DNA from: Octopus sinensis
Lineage: Eukaryota
Length of the DNA stretch: 64,000 bases
Assembly: GCF_006345805.1 (NCBI RefSeq)
Contig: NC_042997.1
Location: 142,352,001-142,416,000, forward strand
Reading direction: 5' to 3'
The first letter of the stretch is position 1, and every line of letters starts with the position of its first letter. Below, one piece after another: positions 53,777 to 64,000 of this stretch. The notes under the pieces are model-generated. The model saw only the letters and a list, made by a program, of their open reading frames with translations. It did not search any database and was not told where the DNA came from. The position numbers and the translations under genes were made by a program.

Positions 53777-56700
53777 GAAGTTGTATTTGGACATGGCTTT
53801 ACCACAGAAAATATATTGTAATCAAGTACTTGTTTTGAAAACCAAAATAGAATTACTGAAAGAACTCAAAATAATGGCATAATTAATTCTAGCAAATTAT
53901 AAGGTCTTGGAAAAAGTAGTATTGCTTTCATTGTGAAAGCATACTGAAGCATATTTATATAAACTGTATGAAAGCTAACTCAGAATTAACAATTATTCTT
54001 TATTTTTCTTTCATAAACTGTTCATACGTTTTACGCTGTATACTGAATTATTTTATACTAGATTCTGTATAAAATGTATGCTTTAAAAAAATATGGTTAT
54101 CTTGAATTTCTTTTTCCTGATTATAATTATAATCTCTTTTGTCTGATGTACTTTCATAAATATTTTCATATGACTGTCTTTGATTCCCATTTTCATCAGT
54201 AACTAAAAATAGTCAAGACTCTTTCCATGACCATATGTAGTAAATTATAGATTAAATTCTCACTACATGAATCAAACTGAATTGTAAAGATAAAATAAAA
54301 AGAAATTATTAAATATCATAACAGAAGAATTAATGACAAACTTGGTATATGAGCTAAAGTTAGATATGGTTCAGTGAAATTAAATAGATATGAATAATGA
54401 TATAGTTTATGAGTTGGTCATAATAGTTTCAGGATATGTATTGCAAAAGAATTGATATACTGAAGAAAGAAAAATTCTAAATGGGTTGAGGAAATATTTG
54501 GAATGGACCCTCCTAACATGTTATAAAAACAATTTCTTTGTAGTTTATATCAAGAGTGTTCACTGCATCAAAGTAAAAATCTTCATTAGCTATCATTTGA
54601 GGCAATCAAATTTGGGTTTATGTGAAGAGGTTTTTAACCCTCATGCTGGAGGTTGATTAATTACCAAAGAAAATCTTGACCCTTTCACAGCGAAATTAAA
54701 TTTCATGGTTATTCCAGTAATGATGTTAAATATCTACCAAAAATAGAATTGGTATTTTCTGCAAGTCACATTACTTTAATAAATTTGACATATTTCAACA
54801 GAAAACAGTTTCAAACATGACATTGCTCAACCAGAGATAGATTGGTGTATAAAACTGCTTCTAGTTAAGGGTAATTAAATTTTGAGTGGATATATCTGCC
54901 GCATGTAAATGTGGCAGATGCCAGCTCCAGATATCTAGAGCAACCAAGATTCCACTGCAAAGATGTTTTTGAGTGTAACTTTGTCCATTTGCCATATATT
55001 GACAGACAGAGCTGGCCACTGACAAAACAACCAGACAAAAATGCATATATGCGCTGGGGAACCATATAAACTGTTGTACAAGACAGACATGAAACTTATT
55101 AGTGTTTAGCATTGGGTGAGCCATGAAGATAATGATGGTGATAGCATGTAGTACAATGACAACTTCTAGCAACGATAAATATTTCAATGTAAAACTATTG
55201 TTGATTTTCACCTTAAAGTACAAAAGTGTAGAAACTTTGAAATTTAATCAACTTGTATTCACTCTGTATACACCCAGCAATCCAGTTAGTAACAATAGAC
55301 AGGAAGCAAACATTGTGATAACACACCACTTTTGTCCACAAAAGAATAGAAAGATTAAGTGTTAGATTTAATTTAAAGAACTCATTTATCAAATCAGACT
55401 TTCATTGTGCATTATTGAGGATATATAAATGTTATGGCTACATATGAATAATGAATCCCTTAGCTGATTTTATTTGTAATTCCTAATTTTTGTCAAACCT
55501 TCCAAATTTATATGCAACTATTCTATGCATGATTCTATTTATCTTCCAGGAATATATGAATATTGCTTCTCTCTTGTTTACAGCAATATTATTGCTTTCT
55601 CATTTTCCTTTCCCATTCTCAATCTACTCCTCCTTTAATTTCCTTTTCAATAAATGAGTAAATTATTTAAAAACTAAAATCTTGAATATTCATCAACTGT
55701 CAGTTGATCTAGCACTCCCCAACATATTTCATGTACAATTATCTAGCAAGCGTTGACCAGCTGCTGAATACTTAAACACATTTACAGTTGAGATGCAAGC
55801 TATTTATTTACTTCTTTGTTATTTATCTCACCGATTATTCACTTTATTCTCTTTGTAGATTTAATATTTTTCCCATAATAATTTAATAACTAATATGAAT
55901 GCTTAAAATTTAACTCATAAATAATAAAGCAATCATATCAAGCCTCTCAGCTTGCCTTTCTTCTATAACTCTGATAGCAACTTAAGAGAAAGATTATTAT
56001 TTATTAATGGTAGATTGTTGTTGGAACTTTTCTAGTCTGCTTTTTCAATCTTTATTCAGTAAGAAAATCATAATTACAGTATATTTTTATCTATTTATTT
56101 TTCTCCCTTTTGTAAATTATAAGTGACTAGTTTGAAGCAACAGCAACAAATTGCTATTTGAGTGTAAGAAATGACAGGGAAATTTAAAGAAAATGACTAA
56201 CTACTATAAAGTGGTATCTTCAAGAGAGACCATTGTTAACATTATTGCATGGCAATATTATTTTAATGACAATTTTAAAAGTCTCTTAGAATATTCATTT
56301 CAGAATCAGTTCAAAAATCCAAGAGAACCTATTTTTAATTTTTGTTGTATTCTAACTGTACTCTTTAACTGAAATTCAAATGAAATAAACAAACTCCTAT
56401 CTCTGGTTTACAGACATGCTGTTTTCTTACTCTGTCTTTCCTGCTGATATTACAGTGGCCTCTGCACCACAGAGCCTGCTGACCATGTTACCTCCACTCA
56501 GGCCCACCAGATTCATTTGTTCTTCATCATCACCCCAGGTTCTACTTTTACCAAACTTCCCCATTATTCCTCCCTATAACATCAGCTTTTTATAGCTTTC
56601 ACTCTCTACCCACGATTTTCCTATGTAGAAAAATACAGAGATTATGAATCTGGGAAATATATTTTTTAAAGTTTAATTTTTCTTAAAGAAACACAATGTC

Positions 56701-57387
56701 TTCTTCCCCACCTCGCATACCCATCACCTACCAGTTTTCAAAAAGCTAAAATCTCCCAATCTTTCACTTTTTTCTGATGTTTCCTGCATGTATAGAATTC
56801 TACTGAAATAGCAAAGTTTAAAAAAAAAAAAACAGACCACCACTAGAAAACCCAACATGCTAGAAACAACAGGTAAACGACATTATTTCTGAAGAAACTT
56901 CCCCACTTTCCAAAAAGGTAAAAGTGAAACATTGGGAATGTGTAGCTTTTTGAAAGTGGTGAGGTGGTGGGTAAAATTCTTAAAGATTTGTACTCTCTGT
57001 CTTTTTTCCATGGATTACCAAGAATAAAAATTTGAAAAAAGTAAAAAATGAATTTGGTGTGGAGAGGGAGAAAATTAAAATATTGAAAATGTGTTTTGTG
57101 GTTGAAATCCTAATCTCTTGTATAGCAAACATAGGAAGTGAAAGAAATTTAGGGAAAAAAATAAGTGGGGTGGAAATGTCTCAGTAGACATGCTAGAAAG
57201 ATGAAGTAAAGGACAGGATTTCTGGGAAAATTTCCTTCTGAGTTTATGTCGAAGATCAGACTTTCAAATACGCTGATCACAAACACAAATTCCACAATCG
57301 GAAAAGATAATTTCAATTGGATTTGAGCTGTAAATTTGCACATGCATACCACAAGAAATAATATAATTCACACTGAAGTTTTACCTA

Positions 57388-57420
<33 letters not shown>

Positions 57421-57618
57421 GAAGTTATTTTATGGCAGTCTTTCATTTGAAGAAGCACAGTTGTCAACTCAACATATATGGGAACATATGATTGTTCATT
57501 AATTTCCATGAAATTGTTTTAATTTTTGTATGCTTTGAAGAGAGCAGAAATTGAAAGAGAGGATAAAGTGAAAAGGCGACATTTGCTTTGAAATAAGAGG
57601 AGAATGTAAAAGAGATGA

Positions 57619-57666
<48 letters not shown>

Positions 57667-58439
57667 CTGAGTGAAGGTGTGTGTTGTGATATATGAATAT
57701 GTTTTGCATCTATGTGTAACTGGCACTCACTCGCACCCCCCCTCTCTCTCTCTCTCAGACACACACACACATTATCCTTATGCACACCACCCGTTTTGGG
57801 CTTAACCTTAACCCTAAACACAAGGAGTGCGTATTCTTTACCTTCGCCCATAAATACATATGCATACATCTTTTTTGTGTGTGAGAGAGAGAGAGAGAGT
57901 GTGTGACTGTATTTCCTCATAACATATAGAGAAATGGATGTCTTTTAATGCAATTGTTTTTGGTTATGGCTTATTTTGATACAATATTTGTGTGTACATT
58001 TCATAAATGTTTGTCTGAGTAGAATTCTACACATGTGTGAAACATCGTCCAAAAGTGAAACATTAGAAGCAAATTGAAATACTGTCCGAAAATGACCTCA
58101 AAATTGTGCAACCCAACATAGTTACCAAGATTAGTTTAGTTGTAAAAAAGAGTTGTTGAGTCGAAAACATAGTTTATTTAGTAGATAGATAATAAGTAGC
58201 TTTCTTTTTTATAATACACATGTGACTAATTCAGAGAAACATTACTTTCATTATTCACACATGTCACTTTCGTAATGCAACACTTTGTAATTTTGGTTCA
58301 AATTGAAAGTGTGAAACGATTTTCATTTTCTAATGAAACTTGGTCGTTTTAGAGAAGTATATTTGGAATAACTATTGTTGGTTGATGAGATAATGCAGAA
58401 AATATGTAAATGAAAATAAAGTTTATTTGACATGTGTGA

Positions 58440-58736
58440 TTGATTTGATTGTTCTGGTCTCAACATCAGTTGGTAAAAATAGAAGTCATTTGATGATACC
58501 TTTTTGTTTGTAAATGGTTATCCCGTTGCCAGTTCAGTCTATGGAATATTGAAATGATACCCATCTTGTCCATTCCACAGAATAAGAGTATACTGGAGAG
58601 CATCATAGGAGGGATGAGTCTGTGAAACACATTTACGTTTGTCATCTTGAACATGAATGAGAATATCATGATTTTGAAGGGGATCACCAACTGTAAGGTT
58701 GACTACTTCATTTAATGTGGGCTCATTAAAACAGCG
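58440..58736 (-). pseudogene. Helitron Rep/helicase (RepHel) N-terminal fragment
   Basis: RCFNEPTLNEVVNLTVGDP...DILIH...KCVSQTHPSYDALQYTLILWNGQDGYHFNIP*...KKVSSNDFYFYQLMLR matches the Helitron SYDALQYPLLF-GEDGY motif; two stops. Confidence 0.85.
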
Positions 58737-58863
58737 TAAAATTTTCTTTACTATAGTTTACTATAGACGTAACGAATGCAGAAACACATGCACACATACA
58801 CACTCATAGAATTGATAATATTGAAAACAGCAAAACATATACACATGGAGTTCAACTAAAATG

Positions 58864-59045
58864 AAATGTAGTCAATATAGGTGCAAAACATGTTTTTTGC
58901 AGCATAGTTATGCTATAAATAAATGGAAAGTCACCAATTTAGCAAAAGTTACTAAATGTAGTAAATACAGGTGCAAAACATACTTTCTATTGCATAGTTA
59001 TTCTATAAAAAAATGGAAAGTCACCAATTTATCAAAAGATACTAT
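58864..59045 (+). repeat. 90-bp tandem duplication inside the 58861-59307 ORF
   Basis: tgtagt starts at 58867 and 58957. Confidence 0.9.
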
Positions 59046-60076
59046 GCATCACCAATGTAAGAAAGTACAGAAAGTCAACGTTTATTTGGAAAATGCTTTA
59101 AATGTTATAAAATTCACGATTGAATGTCACAGAGAAGAAAGTGGAAGTCCAAGAAAATTCAGAAGGCATAATTCAATTTTTCATACAAAAATAATTTACT
59201 TTACAATTTTGAAACGAACGCTGAACCAAGTGTGTAGAAAGGAAGATGCGGTTGTTGTGAATGCTAATTTAAAATATTTGCTGAAGGATGTATGTAGCAA
59301 AATATGAATTAATTTCACATTACTATATATTTTTTAACTGTGTAACATTACAGGCTGTAGAATAAATAGTGAATGCAGTAAAAAGGTTGTGCAACGTTGA
59401 TAGTCACAGTGATGAAGAAACATAGGAGGAATACAAGGACTGTTAAAAAAAAAGCATTATCTTGAAACCGGTTAGAAGGAGTGGAATAACATTTCTGTAA
59501 TTATATTGAAGAAGTCACTGAGACTTTCTACTTCACCAAGTTTCTGAATTTGTTGTAATAACCAGAATAACATTTTTTTTCCAGATATATTTGCGAGTTT
59601 TCATGTTGGTAGTACTTGAAAGTGAATGTTATTGTTCATTTAAAGTGAAGGCCACAAGTAAACTTTCAATATAGGCGCATTTCACTGTTAGGATGGGGCG
59701 AAGTTACATACATAAACTGACACACACACACACATTAACACACACCTGAAGCCTGTCTCTGTCCCTGTATGTGTCTGTCTTTAGATGAGTGTGTGTCAGT
59801 CATCACAAAAATGTATGTATACTAACAGACACTTACACTGTCATACACACTTGTCAGTCATTGGCCTAACATAGGTAACAAACACGCGAATACACTCATA
59901 TAGAAAATGTGACATCATCATCGTTGTGGTGGTGGTAAAGGATGTCATTTATGGTAGGTAGCTAAAATAAAAATGATAATGTTAAATTTTTGTAATGTGA
60001 TGCATATATGCGAATGAATATATAGTTTAGTTGTTAGCCAAAAGCTTACTGAATCTTTTGATACCCCATACGTTAA

Positions 60077-60297
60077 CCCTTTCGTTACTGTATTTATTTT
60101 GATATGCTCTGTGTTTCTTTCAATTATTTTAGATATAACAAAGAATTTAGTAAAATAACTTAGTTATCATTAAGCTAGTATTAGGAATATAAATTGCGAC
60201 TAAGGTTAGGTGGTATATTTTGATGCAAAACTTATGGAAACAAGACATTTGTACTACAGAGCCAGAGCCGGTTTTGGCCGGGTTGGTAACGAAAGGG
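60077..60297. mobile_element. piggyBac-type MITE (221 bp), second family
   Basis: 12-bp TIRs CCCTTTCGTTAC; left flank TTAA, right flank CAAT (degenerate). Confidence 0.75.
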
Positions 60298-61489
60298 CAA
60301 TTCAGTTTTGGAATGCATAAGGAACATACGAGTGCACACACACACATACAAACTCTGTTATATTTGTAGATTAATTAATTAATTAATTAATTGAAATATC
60401 AAAGCATGTATTTTATTGGAAGTAAAACTTTTCCAAAGAGGAACAGTTTACCATAGCATCTGAAGGATTTTATGTTCTTTGTCATTACTGAAATATAATT
60501 CAGATTCATTATGAATTTATGTTTTGTTCATTGTTTGATGCATGGAAGTATGTTTAATCTCAGTAATTAAGCTCATTAAATATTGACATGTAGGTAATTG
60601 GTTATTGTAATAAGCCTTGTATAGTTTTGTATGTAAAACTTTTCAAAATAAATTTATTAGGAACATGTGCATAAGCAACCATGAAAAATGTTAAAAAAAT
60701 AATAGGATATATTTTGTGTCGCTTACCCTTTATTAAACTCATTGTAATAGGTGATTTTCTACCTCTCTTGAGCTGAAAGAGCAATCTATTGTTAAATTTT
60801 AAGAGCCTACATCTTTGTCTTGACATTCTGTGATACTTGTCAACAAATGTTATCATCATGAAAGCAGTGTATTTCATGTTTTCCTCTTACCTATGATATT
60901 CAGACCTTTATTCTTTCTGTTATTCATCTGCTTATAAATTTGTAGATCCCCATCTTTTCTTCCTTTGTAGTCCTTTACACTGTAGTGGAACATAAGTGTT
61001 TAAAAAAACATATTTTTTAAATATACAAGAAATGTATGTGTGTATGTGTGTGTAAAAAATAATTAAGGTGGCTAGCAGTAATTTAAAACCTTCAACAAAA
61101 TAATTTACCATCACTCATATATATGCATGTGCATACATACATATACACACAGGGCATCTAATGATGTTGGGTAGATTGAATGTAGATAGTAACAAAAGTT
61201 ACTGATGAGGATTCGCCTAGCAAATTATTTTATTTGCTAAAATATTCTGAAACCAAGGTATGACTGTAAAAAATAACAAGGTAAAAGTTTTTATTTTTCA
61301 TTCCCTTCAAAAATTGCTCTTGAAATGTGGTTTTGGTACTTTTGACTGCTTCATCTAGCATGTAAAAATTACCTATAAATGGTAGTTTTCTTTTGTGTTT
61401 AAATGTACACTATTTTATATTGAGAATTTATTGTCTATTGACTTTTTATACATGCTAGGCTGCTGGTGGTGAAATTATATATATATATA

Positions 61490-61610
61490 TCACCATGATC
61501 ACCGTGACCGACCAGGCTATCAGATGTTGCTATACATCACTGGTCACAATGCGCTTCGCACTGTTTTAGCCTTCAAATGACGCCACCCCGCTGGCTAAGC
61601 GAGCAGGCCA
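61490..61610 (-). mobile_element. Short CpG-rich LINE-like 3' fragment inserted in (TA)n
   Basis: GC-rich island bounded by TA repeats, ending in (GTGATC)-like repeats on the minus strand; family assignment tentative. Confidence 0.4.
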
Positions 61611-61689
61611 ATATATATATATATATAAGCAGTTTATTAGGCTAACAATTATCCTCTACATAATCAGTAGAAATTGCAGTCACATCACA

Positions 61690-62420
61690 TTCTACTGGCA
61701 TAAATATGACAGTGGTTTTGGGTTCAGTCCCGCTGCACACCATCTTGGGTATGTGTCTTCTATGATAGCCATGGACTGACCAATTCCTCGTTAGTGAATT
61801 TGGGTGATGCAAACTGTGTTTAAGCTCATTGCATATGCATACATATACGTGTGTGTGTGTGTCTATGTGCATACTTCTTAGCATTTGTCTCTCATGGCAT
61901 GAAAGCCAGTGTTGGTATGTTAATGTCCCCATAACTTAGTGATTCAACAAAATGAAGCCAATCGAATAAGTATCAGGCTTAAAAATAAGTACTGGAATCG
62001 GTTTACTTGACTGAACCTTCTGAGACCTTGTCCGAGCATGGTTTCAGTCCAATGACTGAAGCACATAAAATAATAGAAAATACTATTTCAAAAAATTGAG
62101 CACACACAGGATTATATTGTCGTAGATGCACTAGGATTAGGCAATGAAAAATAACAAAAACAGAAAAGATGGTCATGATTGGAATGCATTTAAAAATTAT
62201 TTTATTGTATTGTATTGGTCTGGTGTAAGTGGCTGTATCCATGGCCTTGCAGACTGTCTGAGGTAAGACTGACATAGTTAACATTCTGTTACTTAGAGGT
62301 TCTGCAAAAGGAACTGGTAGAATAAGCATCAAACTTTAGGAAAAAAAGTAAGTACTAGGGTCAGTTCATCAAGGTGCTGCCCCAGCATGGCTGCAGTCAG
62401 AGTGAAATGAGTAAAAAGAA
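61690..62420 (+). mobile_element. Diverged SINE family A copy plus a second tail fragment
   Basis: gggttcagtcccgctgc head, gaataagta...cagcatggtttcagtccaatgactgaa tail; another tail at ~62290-62420. Confidence 0.7.
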
Positions 62421-62600
62421 AGATTTCTTTTGAACAGTTGAAAGTAAGTGGTTACAGGAAAAACGGAATTTGGTAACTACTATGCCACTTAGCAAGCAGT
62501 AGATATAGAGCAATGTTTTTCAATCACTTTTTCCCCATACCCCACTTTGATTTTTTTTAAATCTCACTCTTTCTCTCCATGAATGAACAGAGTTAGTATA

Positions 62601-62805
62601 CAGTAATCCTTCAATTATAGCAGGTGTTACATTCCAAAACACCTGCAATAGGTGAAAATCTGCTAAGTAGAAACAGTACTGTAGTGTATATTTTTTATTA
62701 TTATTTTTATGATATGTATATATATTTATTTTATTATAAATGCAAAACAACACCACAGAGAAACCGATATAAGCTTAAATAATACACCATGATAGGTGAA
62801 TCATT
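62601..62805. mobile_element. pogo/Tigger-type MITE remnant
   Basis: TA|cagtaatccttcaattatagcagg start with repeated (c)-cgataggtgaa-like subterminal motifs; right TIR not recognisable. Confidence 0.5.
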
Positions 62806-63949
62806 AATGTTTAACGGCGGTGCATCAGTATGGCTGTAGCTCTGAGCTGAAACTAGAGAGAAGAGTATAGGATAAGATTGAAATCTTATTGCATGTTATA
62901 TTCATTTGTTGTTTATTTATGCTCCATTTTGAAGTCACACATCCCACCAAAATGCTTCCACCCACCCACCCTAGTGGGGCATGCACCCCATCTTGAGAAA
63001 AAGTGGTGTAAAATCAGATCAGGGCTTGGAGAGTGGGTTGTAATATGAATGATGAGAAGTGGTATTGTAAGATCTACCAATGCTGAAGAGCAGAGGCCAG
63101 TATAGTATCTGTATAAAAAGCAGCGAGAGGAGACAATTCGTCGGTGGGACAGAAGGTGGAGTGAGTTAGTGATAAATTTCATGCCGACATCCTGAATAAC
63201 AAGAGGCTATTTATAACCCAGTCATTGAATATTGTTTTAGAAAAAATCCATTTCAGTTGCATAGACATTAAAATGTAATATTGATGGCATCAGTTTCACC
63301 AGTCTGAGAGGGCCTGCAAGGGTCATGGGCTGTGTCCCTTCCTTCAGACCCAGCAAGTAGAAATATATATATAAGGATGATTGAATCAGATCCATAGGCT
63401 AAAGGTGAGCTGCAGGAACCAATGTGTCCGAATAACATCAAATAGCTGGAAATGAGACCAATGATATATATATATATATGATGGAGATTGGAGATGTAAG
63501 TCTAGAGTTGTTATTGCATTCTGTATTTAAGGTTCCTCCAACACTTAAACATTTGCCATTAAAGTCAGATCTTTTCCTGAATGGGAAAGTGTAGATGATT
63601 CTTAATAGATCATCATTGTTAACAGCAAATTTACCATAATTTCCCAAAGGTCTGATTTTCCATCACTTCACTTTGAATTGTTTACAAATAACTGAAAGAA
63701 CTTGATTGGTTGCTAATCAACTGTCAGACAGAGAAATTTATTTCAGATTGGAAAACCCTAAGAGACAAGTTTGGAACTATTGGAGCTAAGTAGTCTTAGC
63801 TTTAAATACAGGAAACTTAACTTCCTAGAAGGAAATTTAGTGCCACAGATCATGTACACATTTGCTATAAGCATTTGAACTTCACATCTTACAATACCAT
63901 CTTAATAAAACAAATTCAGGATAATAGCTGTCATACAAAGAATACATTC

Positions 63950-63950
<1 letters not shown>

Positions 63951-63993
<43 letters not shown>

Positions 63994-64000
63994 TAATAAT
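63951..64000. repeat. (AAT)n microsatellite
   Basis: Direct inspection. Confidence 0.95.

Noticed and set aside
57795-57820. Telomere-like ttaaccttaaccctaa
   Set aside because: Only 2-3 imperfect units; not an interstitial telomeric array.
61203-61225. CTGATGA-gg/attcg/cc
   Set aside because: Not followed by GAAA. Similar isolated cores at ~1276, 49139, 56890 and 63084 were also discarded.

Overview
AT-rich metazoan nuclear DNA, dense in microsatellites and transposon remnants. The SINE and LINE-tail families look like those of octopus (coleoid cephalopod) genomes; this is inferred from repeat sequence only. No complete host gene, rRNA, true tRNA or CRISPR array can be supported. Most ORFs in the track are read-throughs of (TA)n, (CA)n, (CT)n, (TTC)n or SINE sequence. 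Recognisable content: a full-length but dead 1286-bp mariner; an internally deleted mariner; piggyBac-, hAT- and pogo-type MITEs; a non-autonomous Helitron and a Helitron Rep fragment; two R4/Dong-type LINE C-terminal fragments; RTE LINE remnants with many (GAT)n-tailed 3' ends; three tRNA-derived SINE families; a Penelope-like GIY-YIG remnant with inverted terminal repeats; several long foldbacks; a 156-bp satellite; a 1.48-kb tandem duplication; and a 100-N gap. The most notable hidden layer is about ten hammerhead-ribozyme-like motifs, from near-intact to decayed, belonging to several unrelated Penelope-type terminal-repeat families. Some are arranged head-to-head and most sit in or beside (TA)n tracts. 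One has an 8-nt core and a long branched helix II. A few unlinked candidate exons and an unidentified coding-like stretch are flagged at low confidence.
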